From positions 1 through 64,000 of IMG/VR virus record IMGVR_UViG_3300032286_000719: a stretch of DNA of 64,000 bases; one strand, written 5' to 3'. Made by a program: the position numbers and the translations under genes. This DNA comes from a virus. Positions 29,701 to 42,100 of the stretch are shown here, piece after piece (within the stretch, counting starts at the first letter, position 1; each line of letters opens with the position of its first letter). The notes below the pieces were generated by a model. It was given only the letters and a program-made list of their open reading frames with translations. It was not told the origin of the DNA and did no database searches.

Positions 29701-30306
29701 CTTGAAAGACAAGTTGGTTATAATCCAGCTGCACAAGCTAATCTTGCTCCAGCTGCTTACAATGCAATAAACGAAATAAACGAAAAAGAGTTTATTGCTA
29801 ATCAAGGATTGAAGAACCAAGTTTACACTGGTAACGTTAATACAATGAACGAAGCTAAGAAAATAAACTTAGCAATATTTGCTGATCAATGGGCTAAACA
29901 ATCTCAAGCTCTATCTAACACTAAAGCTACAACACAGGCTGCTCTTAACTCTATTGCTGACAAGTATGCTAAAAACAAACTTGAGAATAGAAAACTTAGC
30001 ATCTACGAGAACATGTACAACTATAGATTTGGTAAGAGTGGTAGAGCTCAAAACTACAACCCACTTCAATTCTTTGATACTAGTGCAGGTGGAAGTGGTT
30101 CATCAGATAAATCAGGAGGATTGGCTGAAGGAAAAGAGTTCACATATGATAAGTATGGAAATATTGTAGGTGTTAAATCTGTTGATAAAAATAGTGTATC
30201 AGATGCTGATCTTGAAGCAGTAGGAGGAATCAAAGATAGAAATGGAGGATACACTAAAATCAAAAGTAAAAATGGTTCGATACTAAGAGCCTTCAAAAAT
30301 TTATAA
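26707..30306 (+). CDS. Ejected cargo protein with glycine-zipper membrane segment and many xxxGG motifs
   Basis: 1199 aa with a GSTIGSTAGTLIGGPLGGAIGGFVGG zipper, VEVERGE..VFG motif and Q/N/A-rich helical C-terminus, as seen in crAss cargo proteins. Confidence 0.6.
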   Translation: MKAQILKIAGVKSEKEFYKKYPSEEAFMKVHGKAFKKAQFGTLIGGATPKQTVPKPMSFIDYQEYRDEADKIVTGKTQEEKDKEAYEQAMLAAAAKGGGGGGGGMGSLSSIMSMAGMAAGGGGGEALGGGTDSAMPDLAMSLGGGGRYGKRIRKAQDGDGVMDGIGNFPPPIDSSLEGSPGYQYQQAHDAPSGGGFMNSLSNIGQLAGKYAGPIGQIGEGLSMLKAGRQKKKEAQRMAKISDVAARASATREEESKRRYVRPEDISNTGEEFFPIYGVGTNVLTRNGGAVRRAQDGSFITGNPTEIQNTYSPEYDLYEDLGYEPLNDSNQVKSFYHGGRLYQMQDGGGTPWGAIGGMANNLGQSMMGGEDGGGKIGSTIGSTAGTLIGGPLGGAIGGFVGGVAGNLLDTNDRDTRKAEARTKNNVQRMALNSAFQGLNAQNNRYVRNGGDIDSYEDGGYMNPEYNPKVITMFGDHTAQDFADYAKKDQFRAGGHLKSYTPPSERAMETYAMGGQLKTHWGGKAETMSHNPYMPGSGETVVFRGQSHNESDKEGNTGIGITYGESPVEVERGEPMFEMQAGGEINPETGEAENTGVVFGNMPIDKKIAGQFDDPDLMEIANKYHGKKFKNVGIELAKQEAKQNKIIDKNAKMLDSFKVETSLDKAKFAAIQANMEGADSKLRNIANTKITLANYQNAINDAKEELSDAIGENLSAEDLARGYTKLDKDPVTKDAKWGGNIAKKAKDGITTTAETTLPPKTFKTKREAEAAGYKQNPTTKVWERVITKYNKDKTKVDKSATAMDNIPKQSIDKGTGFAGGVTKDKFEQFKKRFPDYPGIDKLDPKDPISLHDFKTWANNKAKEMGSSARILDDPKTKSNPQGLPIFGDQYLSFTVDESKKSEPDETKEVSTAVVDEPGETPMPEEKAKFPWQAIGNAILPFIRPTDQEGMDMNQLYPEMYAMATNQVEPVPAQSYQPELIVPYDISLQAQRNAVTSGQRALERQVGYNPAAQANLAPAAYNAINEINEKEFIANQGLKNQVYTGNVNTMNEAKKINLAIFADQWAKQSQALSNTKATTQAALNSIADKYAKNKLENRKLSIYENMYNYRFGKSGRAQNYNPLQFFDTSAGGSGSSDKSGGLAEGKEFTYDKYGNIVGVKSVDKNSVSDADLEAVGGIKDRNGGYTKIKSKNGSILRAFKNL

Positions 30307-30379
30307 CTAATTTAATTATAAAGAATTAACACAGATCGTTATACTCTATTGTATAATCTAATAATTCATATTATATTTG
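30301..30379 (+). promoter_or_regulatory. Palindromic operator plus Bacteroidota sigma-A promoter upstream of the vRNAP cargo operon
   Basis: TTATAACTAA-T-TTAATTATAA dyad (one mismatch). ATTG at 30348-51, a 20-nt spacer, then TATATTTG at 30372-79 matching TAnnTTTG. Confidence 0.6.
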
Positions 30380-30394
30380 CTTAACTAATACGCT

Positions 30395-33124
30395 ATGGCT
30401 TCATATACAGACAAAATCCCAACCTTTAATCCTTACGTAGAGCAACAACCTGTTGATGCTATGCTTAAGGTGGGTATGTACAAACAACAAAAGTACGAAG
30501 AGGGTGTAAAGAAAATACAAACCAATATTGACAATGTTGCAGGATTAGATATTGCTAATGAGGTTCAACAGAAATATCTACAGTCTAAACTTAATGCTCT
30601 TGGTAATAACTTGACATTCTTTGCTGCTAGTGATTTCTCAGACTTCTCATTGGTAAACTCTGTTAATGGAATGACTAAGCAGATAACTAAAGATGATGAT
30701 ATTATAAATGCTGTTAGTTCTACATCTAAGCTTAGAGCAGGATATAAGAAAAAAGCTGAGTTAGCAAAGAAAGGACTGACAGATAAAAACAATGATGACT
30801 ACTATGATATGTATGCATCAGAGTATGTTGATAGTAAAGACTTAAAAGCTTCTTTCAGTGCTGACTACATTCCTTATACAAACATTGTTAAAAAGTTACA
30901 AGATGCTCTTAAAGAAGCAGGTGAAAGTGAAACTATAGCAGAACAGATATTCGTTACTGGTCCTGATGGTAAACCACTTATCACTAATGGACAATTTACA
31001 TATGCTGATTCAAAAGCTATTGATAAGCTTGTGACAAACAAACCAGCAGTGATGGCTGCTATAGGTAATGTACTAAATGAAGGAAATGTAAAACAACAAT
31101 TAGCAATTGATGGTTGGGCTACATATAGAAACACTGAAGCTACAGAATTACTAGAACCTTTAAAGAATCAATATGATGATGAGAGAGATAGACTAGAACA
31201 ACAGTCAGTAGAAATAACTGCTATGTTGAATAGCACAAACCTATCTACTGAAGAAAAAGAAATGTATACTAAAGCAGCTGCTGAAATAGAAGCTTCTTTA
31301 TTAAAGAATGATAATACATTTATGACACTCTCTCAAGAAGCTGAGGAAAATCCAGAATCATTTAAACAAAGTTATTACACTCAAGAGTTCAAACAACGAT
31401 TGATGAATCAGTTTGTTAAAGAAAATATATCTAGAACATATGGAAAGAATGATGCTCTAGAAGTACAAATGAAAAGAGATGAAACTGCATTTAATCAGGC
31501 AATGAAGAGAAGAGAACTAGCGATTAGTGAATCTAAACTTAGTTTGGACTACATGACATTTTATAGAGACTCTGAACAAGATCCTGTTACAGGAAATTGG
31601 AATAAAAAACCTGATCCAAATAAAACACCAGGAACAACATTTGATGCAAACAAACCTTTATTCACTGGATCTAATTCAGGAGAGGAAGTGGATGCTGTAT
31701 ATCTGATGAAAGAAGATATAAATACATTGAGTAACGATAAAAATAAAATGGCAATGTCATTATATGCTGATTTTATTAGAGCGAATAAAGATGATCCTTC
31801 ACTTTCAGATCAAGTTATATTAGCACAAGCTGATAAATATGCAAAGAAGTTAGGGGTTACCAGAGAAGCATTCTTAGATAGATGGGCAACTAACATCAAA
31901 AACAAATATGAAGAGAATGACTTAATGCCTCCACCTAATTTAAATGAAAAGTTAATAGAATATAACAACACTGCGTTTTCATTAAACAATAAAGTTAACT
32001 CAGATAACACAGCTTGGGTAGCTGCTTCTAGAGAATCTGGATTAGCTGATTTAGAAAGCAAAGTATTAAAAGGAAAGACAGGTCTTAAGTTTACTTACAA
32101 AGGTCAAACAGTTCAACTATCTGCTAAAGAAATTATGGATGTTTCACTAGCATTAACTCCTACCAAAATTAAAGATAATGCAGGCCATGAGAAAACTGTA
32201 CAGTTATTAGATATTGGTAAATTAAATGATAGACAATTAAAGTATGCAGAAGGTACTTATGGAAAAGGAATGTTTGGAAAAATGACAAATGGTCAGATGA
32301 AATCACTTGGTTATTCAGGTAACCCAACTTTAGATGTGGGAGTGAGAATGGATATTTCTAAAATAGTACAACCACATGCACAAGCTGCAAATCAAATACG
32401 TGAAGCTAATAAAAAAACATTTAAAATATATAATCAAAATCTAGCTAAGGTAGTTGGTGTCTCAGATAGTGTTACAGGAACTTTACCAACAGCAGAAGCT
32501 ACTCAAAGAGAAGTGAGTGTAGCTAAAGTGGTTACGTATGTAACTGGTGGTTTAAGAAACTATGCATCTGGATCAGATAAAGAAAAGATATTAAAAGCTT
32601 TAAAAAATGATGCCACTATAACTTGGACAGCAAAGAAACCTACTAACTCTAGAGAAACCTGGACAGGTAACATAATAATTAGTGACAAAGATGGGAAAGA
32701 TTATACCATCACTAATATAAATCAGACAGACTTAGCAACTTTTACAGACGCTAAGTTTACTCAATATGAAGAGAAACCTATTCAGGATGCTTTAAATATA
32801 AATCAGAATACAAAATCTACAAATGCTGTTTATATGCCTAACTCTCCTAATGCATGGCGTACAGCTTATTTTAAAGGAGGTCAGATAAATCCTGAAGTTC
32901 AAAAACAAGGATGGGCATATAGAGCAGATGTTGTAAATACAGCTGGAGGATATAGACTTGTTCATTATGTTAGAAAACCAGGGAGCAAACAATTTACCAC
33001 TATATATGGTAATGCAATAGCACTTGATGAACGTATTATAACTAATACAGTAAGCATGACAACTCCAGCACAATTAAACGCTATGTACTTAAATCACGAA
33101 CATAGTACTAAATCTAAAAAATAA
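30395..33124 (+). CDS. Ejected cargo protein
   Basis: 909 aa with an N-terminal FNPYVEQQP...KQQKYEEG helical pattern typical of the crAss gene preceding the vRNAP. Confidence 0.6.
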   Translation: MASYTDKIPTFNPYVEQQPVDAMLKVGMYKQQKYEEGVKKIQTNIDNVAGLDIANEVQQKYLQSKLNALGNNLTFFAASDFSDFSLVNSVNGMTKQITKDDDIINAVSSTSKLRAGYKKKAELAKKGLTDKNNDDYYDMYASEYVDSKDLKASFSADYIPYTNIVKKLQDALKEAGESETIAEQIFVTGPDGKPLITNGQFTYADSKAIDKLVTNKPAVMAAIGNVLNEGNVKQQLAIDGWATYRNTEATELLEPLKNQYDDERDRLEQQSVEITAMLNSTNLSTEEKEMYTKAAAEIEASLLKNDNTFMTLSQEAEENPESFKQSYYTQEFKQRLMNQFVKENISRTYGKNDALEVQMKRDETAFNQAMKRRELAISESKLSLDYMTFYRDSEQDPVTGNWNKKPDPNKTPGTTFDANKPLFTGSNSGEEVDAVYLMKEDINTLSNDKNKMAMSLYADFIRANKDDPSLSDQVILAQADKYAKKLGVTREAFLDRWATNIKNKYEENDLMPPPNLNEKLIEYNNTAFSLNNKVNSDNTAWVAASRESGLADLESKVLKGKTGLKFTYKGQTVQLSAKEIMDVSLALTPTKIKDNAGHEKTVQLLDIGKLNDRQLKYAEGTYGKGMFGKMTNGQMKSLGYSGNPTLDVGVRMDISKIVQPHAQAANQIREANKKTFKIYNQNLAKVVGVSDSVTGTLPTAEATQREVSVAKVVTYVTGGLRNYASGSDKEKILKALKNDATITWTAKKPTNSRETWTGNIIISDKDGKDYTITNINQTDLATFTDAKFTQYEEKPIQDALNINQNTKSTNAVYMPNSPNAWRTAYFKGGQINPEVQKQGWAYRADVVNTAGGYRLVHYVRKPGSKQFTTIYGNAIALDERIITNTVSMTTPAQLNAMYLNHEHSTKSKK

Positions 33125-33136
33125 TAATAATATATT

Positions 33137-36100
33137 ATGCCAGATCCTACTAATATTAATTTTGCAGGAAGACCTTACGTAAGAGGACCTCTTGATCCAA
33201 ATCTTCCATCATCTCCAAATACAGGATTTCCAGGACAACGTTCAGGAAAAGCTTTGACTCCAGATGACATGATCAATATGCAGAATAGTCAGCTAGATCT
33301 TAATGAGATTAGACCAGGTAAAACTTATTTAGCTGATGTTGCAGGAGACTTAACAGGTAGATATGATACAGTTGTCTATGGAGCTAATAATGAAGATGCT
33401 TGGGGAGCACAACAATCTACAATATCAAGAGGTGTAAATGGTATATTAAAAGGTACCAGCCTTGCTGCTACAACTGTAGTTGGTGGGTTTGCTGCACTTG
33501 GTGGAGCTGTTGCATCTTTGTTTACAGGAAGAATGTCTGACATTTGGGATAATCCTGTAATGCAAAATATTGATAAATGGAATGAGAAGCTAGATCAAGA
33601 ATACCTACCTAACTATTATACAGATCAAGAAAAGAATGCTGAGTGGTATTCTCCTGATAACTGGTTTACAGCAAACTTCTTATTTGATAAAGTGATTAAG
33701 AACTCAGGCTTTGCTGTGGGTGCTGTTATATCTGGTAACCTAGCTTCTGGTGCATTAGGTGCAGCAGGTAGTGGTATTGGTAGAGGAGCTGCTGCATTAG
33801 AAGCTAACCAAGCATTTAAAGCGTTCTCTCCATTATTAAAAGGTACAGCTAGAGCTTTCTCTGCAGGTAAGAATGCTGAGGCTGCTGCTATATTGGAAGG
33901 TCGAATTTCTTCTATTGCAGATATTACAGAAAGAACTTCTAAGCTAGCTCAAATTGCACAACAGACAAATCAGTTTGGAAAAATTAATGATGTTGGTAGA
34001 AGAATTGGTATCGCTGTATATTCTCAAGGTGGAGAATCTGCATTCGAAGGATTGCAAACATCTAATGAGTTTAGAAAACAATTAATAGAAAAACAAACAA
34101 TAGATAACTTTGGTGTAGCACCAAACGAAGAACAGTTAAGAAAAATTGATCAACAAGTAGAAAAGTTAGGTAAAGCATCTTTTCTTGCCAACATGGCATT
34201 ATTAGCTGCTACAGAATATGTACAGCTTCCTAAGTTATTAGGAAGTACATATGCTGCTGAAAGACAGGCTGCAAATAACTTAGCTGGAATGACTGGTGAT
34301 GTTATATTGAAAGATGGTAAGTATATTGCTAAAGAGGCTGCTAAAACTAAGTTTGGTAAACTATATAATACAGTTAAAGGTGTAGGTAAATATGTATTTG
34401 ATCCTAAAGAGATGCGTCAAGAGATTGGTCAGTATGCTATACAGATAGGATCACAAAACTATTACAGTAAAGCATTTCAAGGAAAAGATGCTAACGTATT
34501 AGTTGATGGTGTGCTATATGGTATGTTTGGTACAGATGAATCTGGTAAAGACGTTGGTGCATTAGTATCTAAAGAAGGACTTGAAGGTGGACTTATTGGA
34601 GGTCTTACTGGTGGTGTTATGCAAGCTAAGGCTAATTATAAAATGGACAAAGCTGTTAAGACAAACACTGCAGCCTTTTTAGAAGAACTTAACACTACAC
34701 CTACATTTAAAGAAGCAGTTCAATATAAAATGGATGCTGTAAATAGAGGAGTAAAACTTCAAGAACAACAACAAGATGCTATTGAACAAGGTGAGAAGTT
34801 AGAAGCAAAAGATCTTAACGCTGACATGATGCATAACTATTTATCACCACGTATCAAGTATGGTAGAATAGATATGGTGATGGATGATATTTCTGAAATG
34901 AGAAAAGAATCCATGTCTGAGGAAGGAATGGCATCTCTTAAACAATTAGGACTTGCTAATGCAAATGATACATCTATAACATTCAATGCTAGACTTTCTA
35001 AGTTTGAACAAACAGCTAAAAATACAGAACAAATATTTAACTCTACAAACCTTAGATACTCTGGAGAGATATTAAGAGAATATACTCTTGAGACAAAAGA
35101 TGGTATTAGAAATCTTACTATAGAAGAATATAATAAACTTGATAAAGAAGATAAGGCAAAAGCAAAAGCTAATGGTAAACCTATATTAAACGAAAAAGGA
35201 GAAAAACAAAGAAAATACTCTGATCAAGTAATTGATCAAATGATTTATACTGCTAGTAAAGTGGCAGACTATGATGTTCGTATTCCTGAAGTGTCTATGC
35301 TTCCTGTTTCACAAGGTGTCCTCGTACAAGATATAATCAATGAAGAATTAACTAATCCAGAATCTACAGCACTTGCTGATAAGCTTGCTGAACTTGATGC
35401 TAACCCAGAAGTCGACACTCCAGAAGTTAAACAAGACTTGATAGACTCTGTTGAATTAGCAATGAGAAGAAAAGAATATCTTAAAGAATACAATGATCTT
35501 ATTACTAATCCATCTAAATACAATCAACAAAGAGAAGAGTTTAAAGATCCTGAAGAAATTGCAAAGGCTAAAGAAACAATCTCTATCAAGACTAAAAGAG
35601 GACCTAGAGATATTGAGATAGGTACAGAATACTTCTTAGGAAAAGTTACTGATAAAAGTAAAGGAGGTAAAGATGTATATCGTGCTCCTAGATTAATTGT
35701 CTTAGGTAGAAATGAAGATGGTACAATCAAGGTGCAAGACTCAGATGGTGTAATTCATGATGTAAAAGAATCTACACTAGAGAGATATAATCTTGGAAAA
35801 GTAGAATCAACATTAAAGAATAAGAAAGCCAAGTTCTATATGGAACATTGGAACACTGTCTATGAGTTTAACTTTGGTGCAAAAACAGGAGGTAAACAAA
35901 AAGGTAGAATTGAGTATGATCCTGAGGAGAATAAAATGCTTTTTGTTTATAATAATAAAAAAGGAGAGCGTAAAGAGATTGAGGTTACAGGAGATCAATT
36001 TGTTCCTAATAAGAAAAAAGGATTTACAGAACCTATGATTAAGGCAATAGATGAGTTAACTGCTGTTCAAAAACAAGCTTTAGCTGCATTTACTTCTGAA

Positions 36101-39100
36101 ACAGATCCACGTCTAGATGCTAAACGAGAAGCTCGTCTTGCTATATTGACTGAGTTATTTGATGAACTAGCTGGTAGACAAGATAAGATTCAAAAGACTA
36201 TTGATCAAAAACAAAAAGAACTTACTAAAGCTAAAGAGGAGTACGAAGCATTAGCAAAAGAAATAGAAGAAGCTGGCCTTGATAAACGTAATAAGAAAGT
36301 TGACAAGTTTAAAGCCACTACATCAAGAGCTCTTGAGAATGCTATGAAGCTTTCTAGAATGCAAGAGCAAATTGAAAGAGAGATAGAAGACCTAACTACA
36401 GACTCAGAAGAGATTGAAGCTACACTTGCTTATATTACAGACATGGCTGATAATATAGATGAGTACTCAACCAACTTCAAAGATTTCATGAATGAGTTAC
36501 AAGAAGAAATCTTAGATCTTGAAATCTTACAAGAGACAACTAAAAAACAAATCACTATTCTATCTAAGTTAGGAAGAGAAACACAGAATGCATTAGATGC
36601 AACTATTGACTATCTATCTAAACTAATATCAAACTTTGAATCTAAGTATCCAAATGTTCCTAGACTTATGGGACAAGACTGGGTTGACTTCTTAAAAGAC
36701 AATCCTAACTTCCTTAAACTTAAACCTAACTATCGATCTGATTTACAGATGATTGATGACATTGTTGCTGAGATGGAAGATGGAGAAATCAACATCAATG
36801 AAACAAGACTGAAAGATGTTATTGAGCATTTAGATATTTTACAAGGATCTTTAGATGAAACTCAAAGAGAAATCGAAGCTAAAGAAGCTATTCTTAATAA
36901 GTTTAGAGATATTGCTGAGAAATATAAACAACAGAAAGCTGAAGAGAAGAGATTACAAAATGATCTTGCTCTTCGTAAGGAATACTTAGGAACTAACAGT
37001 GATGCTGTACAAAGTTTCTTTAGTAATGAATACTATGAAGCATCAGCTAAGAAAGATGATCTTGAGTTAGTTAGTTCAACAGTTGCTGTTACTAGAGGTA
37101 AAAAAGGTGAGCAGATTAGAGAACATCATGCTAGAGCAAATCGTTTTGGTTTCAACATGCACAAGTTTGCAAATAGAGATGATATTCGTGGTGTTGTAGT
37201 TACATCTAAAACAGAAGAAACACTTGGCATTGAAGGCCTTATGAATCATCTAACTGATGGTGGTAGAGCTGTAGATGATAAAGGTAAACCTATTGACCCT
37301 AACAAAATCATTGCTCTTGTAATGGTACAAGATAATGGGGATGGTACGATTACAATGGTTGATGAAAATGGAACTCCTTTTACAGCAGACCAATTAGCTG
37401 ATCCTATTAATAATGCTATCTATCAAGTATTTCCTAATTCTGAATTAGAAGCTAACTATAGAAATCCAGAAGGTGATATAGAGAGAGGATCTATGTTCAG
37501 AAAACAAACTGAAGATGGCTCATTAACTGATGCACAAAAATCTTTACAGTTACAATATGCTAAGTGGAGAGATGATCGTTTAAAAGAAATTAAACTTCCT
37601 GAAGCACAACCTGTATCTGAATCATTTGGTATTCCAGACTATGTTACACGCTTAGATGAAAAAGGAAAAGAAGTAAGAGATCTTGATGCTAGAGTGGCTG
37701 TAACAGAAACAGGTATGGTATCTGAATCAGATCTACTTGAGGATAATGTATTAATGGTTGCTACAAAGAATGACTCTGTTACTTATGGTAATGTTACATT
37801 CAACACTCCACAAGGTAGAGTGTTCTTGAAAGTTCCTGGTGGATTACTTAAGTTGAAAAACAGACAACTTAATGAGAAAGAAGTTAATGCAATATATGAT
37901 GTAATGCTTCAAGTAACTAAGAACACACAGAGAGATGGCACTACTAAAACAAAAGAAACACAATACTTATTTGACTGGTTAAAGACTATTGTCTATTGGG
38001 GTATTCCTAGAAACACTCAGACAGGGGAAAGAAAAGAAAATCCTGGATATAACAGTGTATGGTTTGAAGATGTTACAGAAGGTAATAAGTCTTTCACTAA
38101 ACTATTCATGTCAGGTATTGGTGCAGAACCATTTGATTTTACAACAACTGGATTACAGAATAAAGAAAATGAAATCAAAGCTGTCCTTAGAGGAATGTAC
38201 AATAATGTAAATGCCACTTTGGTTAACGAGAGATCATTTAGAGATGACTACACTGAAATACTTGGTATAGATGAGAATGGTGAGCCTATCAAAAAAGAAT
38301 GGGATAACTATCAAACATATCTATTATCACCAGAAGGAAGAACTGCTGATGAGATTCCTTTAGTGACACAAGTTAGACCACTGACTAATCCTGATATTCC
38401 TAACAAGAAAGGTATTTATTTTACAATGGATTCAATATCAGATGATTTTGAAATTCCAAAAGCTCCTCCTGTGGCTACAGCTGCTCCAGCTCCTAAAGCT
38501 CCTGCTAAACCTAATGTTAAAAAAGATGCATTAGAAAGAATCAAAAACACAGTTACCACTGAAGAGGATATTGAACCTTTCATGGATGGTATATTCAATA
38601 TCATTGACCAAGATAAATATATAGCTTGGCAAGAAACTTTAGATCAAGAAGAATTAGCTATTGATTTAGGAAATCTTCTTGAAGGTGTTGAGCAAGATGA
38701 AGCTAAGATCTATAACATAACTAGCAAGTATTTATTAAATAAGTACATTGATCAGTTATTAGCTGAAGCAAATAAAACTGCTGCTGCTGCACCTGCTGCA
38801 ACAACAGCTGCTACACAAAAAGAATATGATTTAGAAGGTGGAGAGAATAATTATGCTTTAGGTAAGTATGGTAATCTTTCTTTTAAAATGAATGGTCAGG
38901 AGTTTGTAGACACAAATGAAGAAAAAGGATTCACTATTACATTTGTAGGTTCTACTATGGATGCATTTATGAATGATAGAGGAATCACTGATCAAGAAGA
39001 AGCTAAAGCAATTGTGTATGGTGCTATACTAGCTAAACTAAGACCACAATTAGATGCACTAAAGACTAAGACCAAGGTGCCTGCTGCAAATGCTCCACAA

Positions 39101-42100
39101 ACTACATTCCAATTAAATGGACTAGCAGAGAACACTGTACAGATAGGTGGATATGGTAAAATAGTATTTACATTAGATGGTAAGAAGTTTAATGAAACTG
39201 GTGATGGATTCAATATTCAGTTTGGTTCTTATGATGGAGAGGTTACAAAAGGAGTGATGCAAGCTAAGGGTATTACACAACCAGAAGCTCAAGAATTAAT
39301 TGGTAATGATATATACGCTAAAGTGTATACACAATTGGAAGCAATGAAAGTTCCAGTTGAACCACCACTTGCTACACCATTTACACCAAATGTTCCTCCT
39401 GATGTAATTGGAGCAGATGAGTATGCTAACTTCATTGATAATGGAATAGTTACAGAAGATAGAATCAATTCTATTGCTGAGAAGATTAAGAACAATGAAC
39501 AATTATCTCCAAAAGAAATGGAGATATTTACTGATAAGACTTCTGAGATAAATGCAAAACTTGCTGATGAAGAAGTAGTAGTACCAACTCCTCCTACTCA
39601 ACCAAAAACTACTGGAGCACAAATGCTTGCTAGTAGACAAAGAAAACAAGCTCCTGATGATTCAGCAATGCGTGTTGTCTTAGCTGAACAAGCTAGAAAG
39701 TTCCAAGGTGAAGACTGGAGTAAATTAGAAGAAGGTATCAAGAAGATGCTTCCTAATGTTCCTATATACAGAGTGAAGAACATCATTCAAGCTACCAATG
39801 GTAGACAAGCTTGGGGTATGCTTCACAATGGTGCTATTTACATATATGAGAATGCTGAGGTTGGTACTGTGTATCACGAGGTGTTTGAAGCTGTATGGAA
39901 AATGTTTGCTGATCCAAGTGAGAAAGAAGCTATCCTTAAAGAGTTTGCAAGTAGACCAGGAACATTTGTTGATAGAGAAACAGGCAAAACTGTTGAATAT
40001 AAATATGCTACAGCTTTTCAAATCAAAGAAGAACTTGCTGAAGAGTTTAGAGATGCTGTACTTAATGATAAGTTAGGTATTCCAAATGAATCTAAAAGCT
40101 TAATTGGTAGATTGTTTTCTCAATTGATTGACTTCATCAAGTCTTTCTTTACAGGAAATAATGCTCAACGTAATACAAGAGAGTTATTCAACAAGATAGG
40201 TAATGGATATTATAATACATATAATCCATACATGTCTCAGTTAGCATATGCTAAGGTGGGGATAATCGATATAGAAAATGCTACAGCTGATATTACATCA
40301 GATCTTAGAGTGGAAGGAATACCTGGTGTCCAATTACATGAGGTGATAGAGGAGATGACGTTCATCACTCTTAAAGATATGATTGATAGAAAGGAAAGCT
40401 TATTTAATGTAGTTAAACCTAGACAAAAAGAATTATATCAGATGCTTCAAGTAAGAATGTCAGATGTAATTGGTCATCAAATAGATCTTGTTGAGGATAA
40501 CATGGCTGATGGTACAACTACTAAGAAAGATGGGGCTAAACAGAAAAATGATTTAGAAGCTTTATACATTAATGTATTTGATAAATGGGATGACATTATT
40601 GAATTACACAAACAAAAGCTTAAAACATTTGATATACAGTTTGATGAGAATGATGAACTTGTTTTAGGTGACGAGGATGCATCTGGAAAATCAGACTGGC
40701 AAGATGCTAGAAAGATTGATTCATTCAGAAAAGCAAATGGTGCTGTTAAGTTATTACTAGGAACTCTTCCTGTTTCATATGTAGACACAACTGATGGAGT
40801 TAGAAAATTAAGAAATAAGCGTTCTTCTATTGGTGGTGCTATTCTTCTACCTGCAGATGAGGTGTTTATTAAATTGAAAAACAAACTTCACAACTCCTTA
40901 AGTCCAAATGAGATGTTAGCCACACTTAAAGATATGGCTAAAACAGATCCTACTTATGAGAATCTATATGCAAGACTTACTAAAACAAGTCCTAGTGCAA
41001 CAATTGATTTCAAATCATTTGATCAAAGTACAATACAACTGTTCTCTGCATTCTGGAAAGCAATGAAGAGTCAGAATGCTGATGCTATTTCTGTATTCGT
41101 TCTTCCTGGTGGAGAAGTGATAGTTAGTGATTCAACATTAACTAGTGCTGCTAAACAAGCTAAGCGTGACATGACTACTGATATGATTGATAAAATCAAA
41201 TCTGATTCTAAATTATTTACATATGATAATAAGACAGGAAGATATTTTGCTACAGACGTGATCAAATCAATGCAATTGACTGGTTCAGATTTAAGTAGCT
41301 ATACTAAACTACTTGAGGAATTAGGAATTGAGTTTAACATCAAAGACATAAAGAAGTTAAAAGATGATAAGTTATTAAACTTTACAGATGCTGTAGAAGG
41401 TATTAAACAAACATTCATTGAATTAAATGATCAAGGTAAAGCTAAAACTGAAGCAGAGATTGCAGCAGATGAAGCTAATGGAGAAGTTGCCAGAGGTATC
41501 ACTGTATTAACTCCTAGAACATTAAATATAGAAGGACGTTTAATGCAACTAGGACTTACTAAAGCTTTCATTGAGAATAAATCATTTGAGAGTACGTATT
41601 TCAATATGAATGGAGAACGTACACAAACTTACATAGGAGTGAATGCATTAAGTAGTTTACATAATGTTCTTTCTAAATTAAATAACATTAAAGAATTAGA
41701 CACTCAACCTGAATATAGTCAATACAGATACTTACGTACAGATGTATTTGCTAAAGGAAGTGTATTGTTACAGAAGATGTTTAACTTAGATCCTAAAAAA
41801 GGAACAGGTAATCGTATCAAGGGTACAGAAGACTTAGGTAAATCTGTATACATTGATGGTATGGATAACCAACGTAAAGGTAAAAAGAAAGAAAGTTCTA
41901 AACTTACAGCTAAAGAAAGAATCGTACAAGAGCTAAATCTTAATGTAAATGGATACTACTTAAATCTTGTACCTGGAGATGCATCTATTGAGTGGGCTGT
42001 TAAGATGGGTGAATTCTTAAATGGCAAAAGCTTTATAGATGGTAAACATTATGAGATATTTAAAAACTATTTCATGTCTGAACTAGAACTTGCTAGAGAT

